DNA of 64,000 nt from Azolla caroliniana (lineage: Eukaryota > Plantae > Polypodiophyta). How positions within the stretch are numbered: position 1 is the first letter of the stretch; every line of letters begins with the position of its first letter. Shown in pieces: positions 34,359 to 48,433 of this stretch. The DNA is taken from positions 14,136,001 through 14,200,000 of the forward strand of contig JBHGNT010000020.1 in assembly GCA_043228905.1 (NCBI GenBank). Direction: 5' to 3'. The notes under the pieces were generated by a model. The model searched no databases, had not been told where the DNA came from, and saw only the letters and a program-made list of their open reading frames with translations. A program made the translations under genes and the position numbers.

Positions 34359-36315
34359 AAGTTTAATCCGAATCATTGAGTTTCTAGATTTTATGATTTT
34401 ATCTACCCCTGCGACGAAACAATAACAGAAACTGGACTTTGTTTTTGGAGAAGTTTGCTAGACATTAGAATAGATTTTTCTGAATCTGTGTGAGGCCGGT
34501 CTCTCACTCGTTTCTCTTCATTTTTTGGGTTTGGGAGAAAAAAAAAAAACAAACGCAGAGTTCTGGAAGTTGTGGTCTGCGTGGGGTGGACGTGCGCCGC
34601 CCTGTCCTTCTGCTGCTCCGCCGCCGCCGTTTCCGCCGGATCTGCTGGGTCAGAGCCGCCGTTTCCGCCGCGTTTCTCGGCGGATCCGCCGTTTCCGCCG
34701 CCGCCGCCGCCGCCCTCTCGGGCCGCCTCCGCAGAGGCCATTCGCTCTCTTCGCGTCCGCCGCCCTCACTCCCACGCCCCCCACAGAAGCCCCAATGACC
34801 TGGTAAATTACATAAATCGTTCATATTACTCATAACCCACACACACCAACCAAACATACATAACATAATTTCTCGGAATACCCCCGGAGCTTTTATACGC
34901 TCAAGGTCTCTCGACCCGACCCATCTACGGGCCCTCTCATTCTCTACTATCTCCTCTCATTCTCGATATCTCTACCACAATCATTATTAAGGTTGGATAT
35001 CCACCACAACTATTAAGGTTGATTGGCTCCTCCACGTTTGTCACCCGTGCGCGCACAAGAGTGCCTCCCCTCCGTCTTTCTTTCGATATGTACATTGTTC
35101 ATTTTGTGCTTGCGAAAATGGGCGCGGGGATTGCCTTATCTTTCAATCTGAATGATTCTGGCAGGCCACAAAGCTGTTTGAGATTCAATGCTAAACACTT
35201 TTTGGTCCTCGATATTTCATGCCACTGTGTACTTGCCCACATATCATTACAATGCCATCAATGGTCCCAACTTGTCTCCTCAGGATAGCAAGAGTACATT
35301 GATCATCTACAAATGTAATGTTATTGTACCTTTATGTCCCGCACGCATAGCTTGTTGTCACACACCATCTTTTCCCATAAACCAAAACTCTATGTTGAGT
35401 CGGTGTGCAGAGTTGCATATTGATCGACGCATGTTTTTCCCATTGGCCATGCATAATATGTGTATCCATGAATCCAGAAGTCTTAATGTATCATCCTCAT
35501 TCCATGGAAACTTGGGGGGTAACCGGAGTCCTAGAGTTGTTTGGCCTTGGAACAACAACTCTCATTATCTAATTCACTTCCAATTGATGAAGTCGTATAC
35601 TATGGTAGTTCTATTTGTTGCCAAAGGGAGGGAGGGCATTTTTATATGCATTCTATGCAAGCTTAACCAAGTTCTCATTTGGGCATTATCAGTATTGTTT
35701 TATCCCCAATGTTGCCAATTGCATTGAGGAAGTGAGACAGCTTGTGACTAGATATTGTGAGAAGCTTCCAAATTTTTTGTATGAAACTTGTTGCCCATAA
35801 TGCAACTTCCAAGTACAATGTATGGCACCCATGGGCCATAGCCATGCTCAAAATTTCATGTGACCATGGATAAAATTGACCCCAAGAATAACGAAATATG
35901 TCGAGTGAAGAGACCCTTCTCATAGCAAGATATGAAAGACTATATTTTTCTTTCAAGCATAAAAAGGTAATAGGAATTTACAAGAAATATCATAAATTCA
36001 TGGGATGCAAATTTTAAAACTAGATAGGGGTTTCGATGAGTCATGATATTTTGTTTCCTGCACAGTGCAGTAATAACATTGCCACAATGACTTGAAAGCA
36101 TTATTTTTGAAAGGAAAATATTAAATGATGTTAAATTCTAGATTCTTGTGCCATACAATTAGAATTTAAGATATTTTATAGCTTCATATTTTTGGGCAAA
36201 AAACGAGAGAAAATTTATTTAAAATGATGGAAGATGGTCGAACAATGTTTTAATTTGTAACATAAATCTAAGTAAGAAGTGAATCTTAGTAGTGACTCTT
36301 TTTATGTCTTTGTAG

Positions 36316-36510
36316 ATTTGTTGCATATGTTTAGGAGAATACAATCCAAATGAAAGCCTTAAGGAGCTCCCTTGTCAACACACATTTCACATTGAATGTG
36401 TTGATGAATGGTTAGGGATATGTGCAACATGTCCCATTTGTAAATTCCATATTGTAGATTGTCCAAGTCATAATGGGCTTGATGACGAGCTCTTGTTATG
36501 CTTCATGTGA
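36316..36510 (+). pseudogene. RING-H2 E3 ligase terminal exon; upstream exons appear decayed
   Basis: After TTTGTAG acceptor translates to [43 protein letters not shown]...stop (C3H2C3); absent from ORF track. Confidence 0.7.
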
Positions 36511-38799
36511 TCTGAAAATTTGCCTTATATCAACTATCGAATATGCCATTACAAAATGTTGACCAACTCATTGTCCATATTGGTGTGTATCATGAGCTCC
36601 TTACACAACAATATTCTAAAAATGCTAACAATGCAATTAGTCCCACGAAACATTTCAATCATAATCGTGACAACTGCAAAATATCCTGAGATTTGTTAAA
36701 TATAAGAAGTTGGAATTGCAATGGGATGTTGAAAGGACATGTTCAATGTCTTATAGTCATGGGCATGATGTATATGTACTACGTTGTTATAACCACGTCA
36801 CCATCCTCGAGTTATGTCAACCTTGAATGTCTCCTACAATCCATTATATTTAGATTGTATTATTTTTAGGCAAACCCGAAGGGTGGTGCCATTAGCTTGT
36901 CTAGCTACTTTTCTTAGTGAAAAACAATAAATATTGTTTCCCTTTTTATTTCTCTTTTCATTTTGTTGATTTGAATATAGGTGTAATGATTTCCGATGTA
37001 TTAAATGTACGTACCTTTCCTCGATGAGGCTGCCACTGGATGATCTCGATAATTTATTGTTAAGTCTATTCTCCCTCATGCAATGATTTCTTTCATTTAT
37101 CGACATGCTCATTGAGTCATTCTCCTGATGTAATAATACTACATCTTGGCTTAATTTGTCCTCTATCTCGGACTTGGTGTAGGCAACAACAATATGAATA
37201 TTTGTTTCACCTTGTCATCATATACATAGTCGTCATAGTTTCTAATAGTAATTGTACTTTACTTGCAACTTGTGGTGTGCTTCTTTAGGTGTAATTTAAC
37301 TTAAAAGTTTCCACCGGTTAATTGGTTTGTGCCGTTGTCATGTCTTTGGGAATAAGCTTCCACTTAACCTTATTGATTGTGACATCAATATCTTCGTCGC
37401 CCCTAAAAGTTCATTTATACATTGATCTTCATCAACATCTTGTGAAAATCTTTATTTACTATGAGCCATAGCTCCGTATCTATTCTCATTATCGTAATCT
37501 ATAAAACATTAGATGATTGATTGACGATCAATGGATTTACGTTCTTCTCCAAGATAGTGTTTGATAAACAATGAATGTTTTTTATTTAGTCAATATGTGT
37601 CTTCAAATGACTATAATTTTCATAAATGTCTCCTTATTCCAAAACAATAATGAACTTATCTTGTGCATGGGAATGTAGGTAGTTTGAAAGGAACAAACTC
37701 AAAGAGTGCCATCAAACATGTGCAACTCCTCGTGACAAAAGGATGATACATGAGAATCAATGCAAATGTAGATACAATCAAAAGTGAATCAAAGATGGAT
37801 AGTGTGTAAATCGATAATCCGAGCCATAAGTGCAAGGGGCACACAAATTTTTACACTATGAGTGGTTGAGGGGTCTCATTGCCTTACACTCATAAACCCT
37901 AATAAAGATGCAAAAAAGAAGAAGAAGAGGCAGAAAGTGAAGCCTCCATACTACGATATGACAGTAGACCCATCATGACCATGACCCTTCATATATTTTG
38001 ATGACAATGGAGATGATATTTGAAGAGACAAAATATATAACGTTTTCCACACCTACCTTTGATGGACGGCCTATTCTTCCCCATTTCAACCGAGGTGGAA
38101 CATTGCGGTGATCCAATCATTGGCATTTTATCATGTAAACACTTTAGGTAACTTGCTCACAAGAGGATGTGTACAATGTAATACAACGAGGGTATGTGTA
38201 CTTCTAAATTGCAAGGAAACTAGAGACAATGGGGGTTCCAAATAGAAAAGGAATATATAGGTTAAGGATGTGCACATGGGCCAAAGACAGCAAACATTTA
38301 CTTATGGAAAGGATTAAAGCATTGTGAAATGATCCCTATGAGGAGAAACCACGAGAGAAGTACCAAATAGAAGGCAAGGACTACATCATGTTGAAGGATC
38401 GAGTTGCATCAAGGAGTTTTGTTATGCAAGGCAGATGTGATTAGGTTGAGTTGATGAGATTAATTGTGTTGAGAAATCACTTGGACTAGGCAAATAAGTC
38501 GAACTAGAGCCAACCAAAGAAGAGAGGATTAACCATTTACTAGACCAGAGAGGATTGTAAGAGTGAAACTCCACGAAGACAAAATTCCACATAATGAAGA
38601 AGAACTTGTTTAAAAACAAGCATTCCAAATATTAACATGACAATCACATTCAATGAATAGGATTGTTCTTATGAGAACCACATGATGCAAACAAATGCAG
38701 AAGAATCCATATGCAAAGCTATAAAGGTTGAAAACAAAACAAAATGGATATTGACCACGAAAATCGAGAATGTTTCATTTTGGACGGATCAACTAAAGT

Positions 38800-39125
38800 A
38801 GGCATTGTCGGATAAATGAACTTACAAGAGAAATTTTACATCTGGAATCTGTAACCAAAAAGTACATGCTTGGTTACTCACTACAGGATTCAAACCATGT
38901 AAAGATATTGATGTTGAGGGACAAATTTCAACAAAATACTCTCATTGTAAAGATATTGATGTTGTATATGTTAATTGCAATCACAACAGAGGAGGTGGAT
39001 TGTGAGCAAATAAATGTGACGATTTCAATGTTTCTTCATGACAACCTCGAGGATGAAGTGTTCATGGAGCAATGTTGGGTTTGTTGAGCTGGGTAAGTAG
39101 GAGATCATGGTTTGTTGACCAAAGA
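38800..39125 (+). mobile_element. Degenerate Ty1/copia reverse transcriptase remnant
   Basis: EQINVTISMFLHDNLEDEVFMEQ resembles copia QMDVKTAFLHGDLEEEIYMEQ; boundaries approximate. Confidence 0.6.
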
Positions 39126-39399
39126 AGAGCTTCTTTTCTAAATATTTGGTAACGTTGAGATACCATCCAAAAAATTATGTTACTTGGAAACCAAGTTGGC
39201 ATGGACCCAACCTCCACATTGGTACTTCAATAGCACCATCCATGAAGGATAATTGGCAGGGTTGGTTATGCACATGTATTCAGTTTAACTATAATGTAAT
39301 TTAGTGCATTATTTGGCATCCATCAACAACTTTATGGGTTGAAAGCAATGTACTACATTCTTTGTCCTTTCCACCTTTGCTTATGAGTGACATGACCCA

Positions 39400-39960
39400 T
39401 CCACAAAATTTCTATCATTACCCAAATGATCTATGAAAGGAAATTCCCCATCCATTGTCATTACATCTTGTCCTCCTGTAAATTTAAATCTAGTGCCCTA
39501 GAAATACCGTTTCTCAATGCATTCTTTAGCTCTAAGTGAAACATCTTCTCTATTGTAGGCACGACTATTTTGGCACTTGGGTATAAAAAGTTGATATTTT
39601 CATGCACAAGCAATTTGGTTGTATCATAATAATAAGGGGCCTTGATCATCCCAAAGGTAACCGCAACATTTTTTAAAAAACTTAAAAACCACTTTGTAAT
39701 AACCGAACATTAATAGCAATTGGAAAATATTGTTGTGCTAATGCATGTAACAAACATCAATGCCGTGTGGAAAACATTGCCACATCGGTTAAAAAAACAA
39801 TTGTCGGATAAAGCATTGATGCCATATAAAAAATGATAATACCGTTTACAAGAATAATTTGGATGATTGCGTCATCTAAGGGTGAGGTCACGAGATGCAT
39901 GCCTTGAGATTTTAGGGCCAATGAGCTTAAACTTTGATTCAATCATCAAGTTTCAAATTT
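39400..39960 (-). mobile_element. Possible hAT (DUF659-like) transposase remnant
   Basis: Fragmentary IIQIILVNG...YP...CFPH similarity to VVQVITDN...YP...PCAAH across frameshifts. Confidence 0.3.
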
Positions 39961-40694
39961 TGAAATGAACATAATCATAATATGTTGACTAAATTCTCAA
40001 AATACCCTTAAAATCATTTATATTACTAATACATCCGTGTTGTTTTTGAATTCCCAGAATACTTAGCTAAACTCCCCTTGTTATTTTTCACTTTCTCTAT
40101 CTCTCTCTTACTTTCTTGAAACCACATAATACTTGTCTCTTGGAAAGGGAGATCATAGAGAAATGAGCATTTTTAGGAGATTGGAAAAGTAAGAGAGAGT
40201 GTGAGTGAGAAGGAGAAGAAGTTCATCAACGTCTCTAAAAGAGGCCAATGTCGCATAGGAGACCAAAATGATACAAATTGTGTAGCGTATTCTCTTGTTC
40301 AAGAAATGAAACTTAATTAACACTAGAAATAAAGCCTTGCATAGATGCCTCTTCTCGATTGTACTATTGTGCTTGAGGATTACACAGTCTTGACTAAGAT
40401 CAAATGTATGTTCATGCATTTGTTCTTTGATGAGGCTCAAATTGATACTAGTTTTCGCATGCAAATCTATAGAGGAGATCATGCATGCATTTCGACTCAA
40501 GGCATGCTAAGGGAGTTTAGAGCCAATGATGGCGTGCTACATGATAAATCTTTTTATGGGGAATTTTCAATGAATTTCTCTTATTTTTTCCATTGATACA
40601 TTAGCGAGATATTATTGATTTACCGGTAACCCTTGTCACGGAACCATCCTCCTATTCACGATGCCACATAAGAAAGTTTAGAGCCAATGATGAT

Positions 40695-40915
40695 ATGCCA
40701 CGTGGAGTGAAGGAGGGGATCGAAAGGAGAAGGCTAATTCTATGAATAAATAAACCTACAGGGTTATTTGGGTAATTAGGAAAAAACGTGATATATAATA
40801 ATCATGACTAACCTTGGACGAGAGAGAGCGAATGGTGATATGCCACGTGGAAAACACCGTTTTCCAAAGTTGCCACGTAACCATGGATCGGACCCAATGA
40901 AAGAGTGCCACGTGC
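40695..40915 (+). promoter_or_regulatory. G-box/ABRE cluster upstream of LecRK
   Basis: TGCCACGTG at 40696, 40841, 40906 and TGCCACGTA at 40871, followed by a CT-rich leader. Confidence 0.6.
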
Positions 40916-41949
40916 AAGGACAACGGTAAGTTCGCCAGGTCAATGGATCGATCTCCTGCGAAGAAGAAAAAGACGCGTTGAAAGCAGAAAAGCAGAAAAG
41001 CAGAAAAAGCAATAAGGTCAAGAGAAAAGAGAAGGGACAGATGGGCCTAACTCCCTGCCTCTCTCTCTCTCTCTCTCTGTTTCTCCAACGTTCTCCTGGA
41101 ATCTCTCGATTTGGGCCAGAATTGTAAATCGATGAAAATGCAAGAGATTTGATCATGTAGCTATCTACATATCTATCTCTATCTATAGTCTGTCTCTGCC
41201 TGCCTGCCTGTTTTGATTCCCCTGTTTTCTAGCTTTTTTGCTTCTTCTTTTTTAGCTCTTTTTCACAAAAAGAGCGAATTTAAATAGCCTCTCCTCTGTT
41301 TCCATTGCTAAAAACCCTCCTCCTCTCTTCTTTTTTTCTCCTCTTTGTTTCTGCAACCTCTAAAATCTCTCTTAACACAAAAAGAAGAAGTATCTTGCTC
41401 TGTTTTTGGGGTTTTTTTTTCTCTCTAATTTGATCCTTTCCCCTACCCTTTTCTGATTTCTATCCCTAATTTCTCACTTTTCCTTTCCTTCTTTGCTTTT
41501 CCATCAATTTAGACCTTCGTTTTTGCCTTACTTAAAATTTGCCTTATATCCATGAATAATCCATCTCATTTCTCACCTTCCTTCCTTATTTGCCTTCTCA
41601 GTCCATGAATAACTCACCTTCTGCCTGCCTCCTCATTCTTACCTCTCAAATTTCTTCCTTGTTTGCCTTCCATCCATGAATTGGAGCCAAAACCATCTTC
41701 TAATTTCTCCCATTTCTTCATTATTTGACCTCTAAACAATACTAGAATCCCCGTCTAATCTCTTTCTTTTGTTCCACATTTGCCCTTTACACCATACTCC
41801 CTGTAAATTTCTCAGTAATCTTCATAATTTTCTCCTTCGTTCTTCCACACTAATTCTTCTCACGTTCTAACCTCTCACTTTTCTTCCTTCTTTTGCCTTT
41901 TTATCCATGAATTGGAGCTTAACCCAACATCAATTCTACAACCCAAACC

Positions 41950-44058
41950 ATGGCATATTCCCTGTGGTTTTTGTTCATTTTAGCACAATTCACAGTTACT
42001 CTAGTGTCAACCAACGCTGAAGATACTTCCATTGCTTCTTCCTTCATCTTTGATAGCTTCTCTACAACAAGAAACCTCACTCTACTTGGCGATTGCTTCA
42101 TAAAAAGCTCTAATTTAGGCCTAACAAGAGATACTTCAGTCCCTGCCACTAGTGTGGGCAGAGCATTGTATGTGGAACCAATCCAATTATATGAATCCAC
42201 AACTAACACCTCTGCCTCTTTCAACACAAGTTTCTCCTTCTCCATCACGAATTCTAATGCGGTGCTTTCTGGAGATGGCCTAACGTTCGTGATTTGTTCG
42301 GATAAAACCACTTTGGGTAGCTCCGGTAAGTGGTTAGGCCTGGTGAACAATACAAAAATAATGGACACTACAGCCCAACCACCTTATCAATTCATAGCAA
42401 TAGAGTTTGATTCATATCTTGATGTGAGTCTCTTTGATATCAATGACAACCACGTGGGATTAGATTTGGGTAGCTTAAACTCCATTGAATCTGTAGATTT
42501 GGGTACTTTTGGATTGAATCTTAAGAGTGGGAATGTTATTAGTGCATGGATTGAGTATAATAGTACTTTACAAGTACTCGAAGTGAGAATGAGCTATACA
42601 GGGCAAAGGCCTCAAATTCCCATCTTGAGTACTTCGCTCTACTTGCCCAAATTTGTGCAAGAATCCATGTATGTGGGTTTCTCTGCCTCTACAGATGGGT
42701 CACAAGAGCTACATTCCATATATTCATGGAGTTTCTCTTCAAACCTTCACATTACTTCATTGAGCACTACCCCTTCCCCTTCCCTATCCCCTTCTCCATC
42801 TACATATACATCACCATATCCATCCACTTCATACTCACAAGTGATCACACTTTCACCACTATCTTCTCGGCGGAGACAGTGCCAGGGCACATTATGCATC
42901 AAATCAGGTCTCCTTCTAGGCCTCTCTATCGGTTCGGCGTTCTTGCTTTCCTTCATCCTCCTTGCAATAATGGCTTGTGCATATAAGACTTGGACGGCTT
43001 ATAGGAATGCCAACAAGTCTAATGGTTTTGTTGGTACCATTGTGTCTGGATCACCAAGGAAATTCACATACAAAGAGCTAAGCATTGCCACAAAGTATTT
43101 TGACTCAAGTAGAGTGATAGGAAATGGTGCCTTTGGGAGTGTCTACAAAGGTGTTTTAGCTGATAGTGGCTGTGTAGTCGCAGTAAAACGCTCGATCAAC
43201 AATAACAAAGAAGGGAAGAGTGAATTCCTTGCAGAGCTATCCATAATTGGTCGGCTCCGGCATCGCAACCTTGTGCAGTTACTGGGTTGGTGCTATGAGA
43301 AAGAAGAAGTTCTATTAGTGTATGAGTACATGGAGCAAGGAAGCTTAGATAAACTGCTTTTCGACAAGAATTCAGCCTCGGTGTTACCATGGCAACATCG
43401 ATACAAGATCATATCAGGTGTGGCATCGGCATTGGTCTATCTTCATGATGAATGTGAGCAACAAGTGGTGCATAGGGATGTGAAAGCCAGCAATATAATG
43501 TTGGATGGAGAGTTCAATGCAAGATTGGGAGATTTCGGCTTAGCAAAAGTGACAGACCATAACAAGAGCCCCGATGCCACGCTCGCAGCAGGGACAATGG
43601 GCTACCTAGCGCCCGAATATATCCACACCGGAAAAGCTTCGGAGAAGACCGATGTATTTAGCTATGGGGCACTAGTGTTGGAAGTAGCTTGTGGTAGGAG
43701 GCCATTAGAGAAAGATGTACCACCCAATGAGAATGTGTTGGTGGATTGGGTTTGGGGTCTATATAGGCATGGGAAGCTCCTAGAAGCATGTGATAAGAGA
43801 TTGCAAGGCGCTTATGATGTGAAAGAGATGGAGAGAATGCTTTTGGTCGGTCTTTCGTGCTCACATCCAGACCCTATTGCTAGGCCGACCATGAGATATG
43901 TCTTGCAAATCCTCACTGGGGAGGCTCTTATGCCACAATTACCACTATTCAAGCCAACCCCCTCTTTTGCCCTACTCACTTTGCCAGTGAGTTTGCAAGA
44001 CATCATCTCTGAGGCTGGACATAGCTATCGGTCATCATGCCTCTCGGATTCATTCTAA
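41950..44058 (+). CDS. L-type (legume) lectin receptor-like kinase, intronless
   Basis: Signal peptide, GDGLTF/AIEFD/NHVG/YVGFSAST lectin motifs, TM helix, GxGxFG, HRDVKASN, DFG, GTMGYLAPE. Confidence 0.97.
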   Translation: MAYSLWFLFILAQFTVTLVSTNAEDTSIASSFIFDSFSTTRNLTLLGDCFIKSSNLGLTRDTSVPATSVGRALYVEPIQLYESTTNTSASFNTSFSFSITNSNAVLSGDGLTFVICSDKTTLGSSGKWLGLVNNTKIMDTTAQPPYQFIAIEFDSYLDVSLFDINDNHVGLDLGSLNSIESVDLGTFGLNLKSGNVISAWIEYNSTLQVLEVRMSYTGQRPQIPILSTSLYLPKFVQESMYVGFSASTDGSQELHSIYSWSFSSNLHITSLSTTPSPSLSPSPSTYTSPYPSTSYSQVITLSPLSSRRRQCQGTLCIKSGLLLGLSIGSAFLLSFILLAIMACAYKTWTAYRNANKSNGFVGTIVSGSPRKFTYKELSIATKYFDSSRVIGNGAFGSVYKGVLADSGCVVAVKRSINNNKEGKSEFLAELSIIGRLRHRNLVQLLGWCYEKEEVLLVYEYMEQGSLDKLLFDKNSASVLPWQHRYKIISGVASALVYLHDECEQQVVHRDVKASNIMLDGEFNARLGDFGLAKVTDHNKSPDATLAAGTMGYLAPEYIHTGKASEKTDVFSYGALVLEVACGRRPLEKDVPPNENVLVDWVWGLYRHGKLLEACDKRLQGAYDVKEMERMLLVGLSCSHPDPIARPTMRYVLQILTGEALMPQLPLFKPTPSFALLTLPVSLQDIISEAGHSYRSSCLSDSF

Positions 44059-45994
44059 ACCCCAAATCCTTGTGACTCTCTAACTCCATGTCTCATTTGA
44101 TTTTATTCAATTTGCCAATAATCCTCTCCAATGCTCCATGGGTTTATCCAATTCTTTCTAAACCCAAACCCCTCCTTTAATTCTTTGTATTACTCTAACT
44201 CCATATTGGATTCAACTTGTCAAAAATCCATGCTTCATGGATTGATATGATAAAACAAAGTATCTTCAATTCATTCTTCCTTTGGAATATGCATTTAGGT
44301 ACACAATTTGTTCTCAAACGTGGCATTTTTATGATACACTCGCTATGTTATTCCCGTACATCCACTCGCTAGGTTAGTAACTTAAAGCAACATGTTATGT
44401 GAATCACATCTCGAGAGATGATTTGTTTTGGATTATGTGTGTGTGCATTGTATAAGGCCTCTTGCAATGTGTGACATTTGCTCATTGCATATGTATAAAT
44501 TTGATTGTTGTATGTGTGTATGCATGGTGTGTGTTGTAGGAGAGTGCTGATATGCATACATTTAGATTTTCATGTGTGAATTGCCATGCATGCGTTACAA
44601 TGGGGTTCTTGTGCATGTTACAACTTACAACCATTCATTCACATGCATCCAAACATACACATAAAGGCACATTCAATTGTGTTCCAATACATTCATTTTG
44701 TGTGTAGCATGTGCGGAATGCTTTTCAGAGCATAGATAAATGAGTGTTGGTGTGCATGCCAAACATTTAAATGTACATGCCTTGCTAGGCAAGTTAAATG
44801 TACAAATCTAGAGCTTTCATGAATTAGCTAAATAACATTTTCTGACAAGTACTTCTACTGAAAGCTACATAGTCTAAAACAATGATGGAGGTTAATTGTT
44901 GAACATTGTGAATAATCACCACATTGGAACATAAGAGTATGGTAGTGTCAGATCATATCGTGGGGAATACATGTACATTTTGAGATCCATCTTCACATCC
45001 ATGTTTGGAGTGCAATCTAGCTTTTTTTTCAAGGTATGTTAACAAGTTAATACAAAAAATAAATGTATGGGAAGACAAGTAGTTATTGTATTTGAAGAAA
45101 ACGTATGGGAAGACGAGTGGTTATTGTAGGATTTAGGGGAGAATACAACAAATACATCAAACCATTGGATATATTATATAAGGATATCCCCATGTAGTCA
45201 CCACATTGGAACACGAAATAGTGTTGATGGATTCATTGATTAAATTGTTGAACAGAAATATTGTGCACAATATCATCCGCATTTAGATCCCATTTTTACA
45301 TCCTCAATGGTATGACTAATTTTCAAGGATATTTATGCAAAATGGAGATATATGGGAAGATGAGCAGTGATAAAAGGATTTAGGGAGAACATCAACAATT
45401 CCAAGTTTCGAGAAATTACAACCCATAGGAAGCATAAATTTCATATTGCATAGGGGTAGAAGGAATTATTGTAGATCTAGCAATGTATTGGCATTCTAAT
45501 AAATATTGAACAACATAGGGGTATTTGGGTGGACAAATCTAGGTGCAAAGATGTGCGACTTGTACTTTTTCTTTAGAAAATATGAATTTCAGGTCTCGGC
45601 TACAAGATGTCCTAATTATGCTGCTCACAAGAGACACAAGATTTTCCACATTTTAGGGCATTGCTAATAATTTCCATGTCAATAAGTCCAGTCCAACCTC
45701 AATTGGATCAATAAAAGAATCGAGACTTATCTTTTTTTGGCTGCGCATGTGAATATTCACCAAGGTGAAATTTCTGTTGGACATCGAGCATAACTATGCA
45801 CTGATTTAGATTGCCATCCAAGTGAATGTGTTAACATGAAGTGAATTTTCCAAGCGATTGGTTGATTTTTTTTCTCATGGCTTGGACGGGCGAGGCCGGA
45901 CAAAAGCCCGTCTCCTTACATTTTCCTGGACATTGACATGGAGGTTTCAGCCCAACTATGGCATGGGAGAGCCATGTTTAGGCATATCCATCAC

Positions 45995-46470
45995 TCAATT
46001 TAAATAAATAAATAAATGAAATAATTACACTAAATAAATAGTTAATTATTTTAATAAATAAGAAATAAATATTGTTAATAAATAATAAAAAAATAATTTC
46101 AACAAATAAGTAAATAAATAATTTCAATAAATAAATAGATAAAATAAAATCAATAAAAAAATAAGGAAATAAAATCAATAAAAAAATAACTCAATACAAC
46201 AACAAAAAAAAACTCAATAATAAACAGATAAATTAATTCAATAAACAAGAAATAAAATAATTTCAATAAACAAGAAATAAAATAATTTCAATAAATATGT
46301 AAGTAATTTCAAATTGATTTCAATAAATTAATAAACAATTAATTGCAAGAAAAAATTAAATAAATAATCTCATTGATTTAAATTAAATAAACAGTTAATT
46401 AAATAAAACAATTTCAATAAATAAAGTAAATTTATTAGTTTTAGTAAATACAGAGATAAATAATTAAACC
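45995..46470. repeat. Extremely A-rich low-complexity tract
   Basis: Degenerate AATAAAT / TTCAATAAA repeats, almost no G. Confidence 0.85.
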
Positions 46471-48433
46471 CCATTATTTATTGATGTGTATGGGTTCCGG
46501 TGCTACTGAAAAATACTGCAGAAAAATGGCGTCCTGAAGAAAACAGGCAAAGGTTTTGGCTATGGCTGGAAACGACTCTGCCTTCTGTTCCTCTCTCTGT
46601 TCTGCCAATCTGGTTCTTTGCGGTTCCTTCAACATTCCAGTCCTATTGTCTCTCCTCCCTTCCTTTCTTGTTTTTTGTACTTCCATTTATTTTCTCCATT
46701 GATTCAAACGCATCGCTCGTGGAACCCTTGTTCTGGTCTCATTTCGAGTCCTTTTCCTCCAAGGGATATGCAGAGCTTTTCAATGAAATCAATACACGTT
46801 TTATTCAGGAAGCGAGCAGATTTTAACAGATTTTCTTGACTACTTCTAAATCACAGTAAAAAGGTATGCAAAGCTTCGTTTTTACAACCAGGATCATGAA
46901 CGTAGTATTTCATCCGTTATAATGTATAAATGCAAAGCTCTGTGTTCATTTTGTTCATGTCGTATTGACATTGTGACGTATCGTTAATTATTTATATTGA
47001 TCAATATAGTGTGTACGGACCATATATCCGCTTTCATCATAAACACGTGTAAAGACACACGTACTGGTATTGTGGTTATTGTCTTTTTGCCTTCTCATCA
47101 GGAAATAAAGTTATTTGACATGAAAAGGCTGTAGTGCTCATATATATCGATAAATGGTATTGTGGATTGATAATATATATCCTTTCATTGCAAAAATGTA
47201 TTCTTGGTGAAGTTTTGGATTTCTTTTTTCCTTCTGTCTTTTTGATGTCACTATTTTGATCTGTTATGCTGATCAATACAGTGTATATGGACCGCCCATT
47301 TTAACAAGGTATAAAGACAATGCGTTTAGTGTTTTATTTCATGTCTTTTATGAGATGATACTATATCGATCGATCGTAATCAATACAATGTATATAAATT
47401 GATCATGTGTGAATTCTGTCATGGTAAAAGTACGTATATAGACAAGGCTTTGTGTTTTTCTCAGGTGTCAATTTTAACTGGACGCAACATTGACCTTGTA
47501 TATTGGTCTGGTCTTCTGTTCAGGGGATAGATTACCTTTGCTGCTTCCAACTCAATGGTGAAAGGTACACACGCACATCTTCTTTTTTATTGAAAATCAT
47601 AAATTTTTTTATTGATCATGTAGAAAGTGAAATCTTAGCATTTGTTTTTCGTAGTATTATGCATTTTATGAAACTTATCTATATCTTTGTCCCTTGTAAT
47701 TGTGGTCCTTCTCTGCTTGTAATTTCTTCTTTTTGCTATTACATCAAACTTGCCCATATTCCCTTGTCACGATCATGAACATGGCTGTTTAAAATCATTT
47801 TTAGGAGAGAAGGGCTAATTAACAGATCATTGTAATGATCTTGAAGTAAAAGTATTGAAATGCGTCTAGTGTCATATTATTAAGGCCTGGAGAAGCCTCA
47901 ATGTATTTGCAGAAATTTTGCACCTTAGCAGTTGTTTCTTTTGGAGATAGTGATAATCGGGGAAATAAACATTTTTGGTAATTTCCACAAGATTATTTTA
48001 ATGGTTCAAAAAACATTGAAATTTTTTCCCTTTTTTTGGACATAAAGCCCTTTCTTGTTGAAAAGAATTAACTTTTTGCATTTGAGGGTGGATGCATTTT
48101 GTATTTTCCTTTCCTGCTGCTAGGAACCTTTTTCATTTCCAGCTCCATGGTTGGTTTGGTTGACATGCTTTGATGTTCGTTTCTTGTGTCTGATGATATA
48201 AAAACTGGTTTTCTGTTGATTGTTTCTTTTTCTAGGATGATCTTATGGGAGAATTATATGGACCTGAATGATAATTACATTCATGTGCAGCAGAAAAATT
48301 ATCCTTTAGGCTATAGTGAAGATCAAGTCCTTCCTGTGGAAGGAGATTCTGGACTTCGGAGTGGAAGAGCTTGTGAAAGCTCAGTCTTTTGTTGACTGTT
48401 TCTTTATTTAGGATGAGCTTATGATAGAAATTT

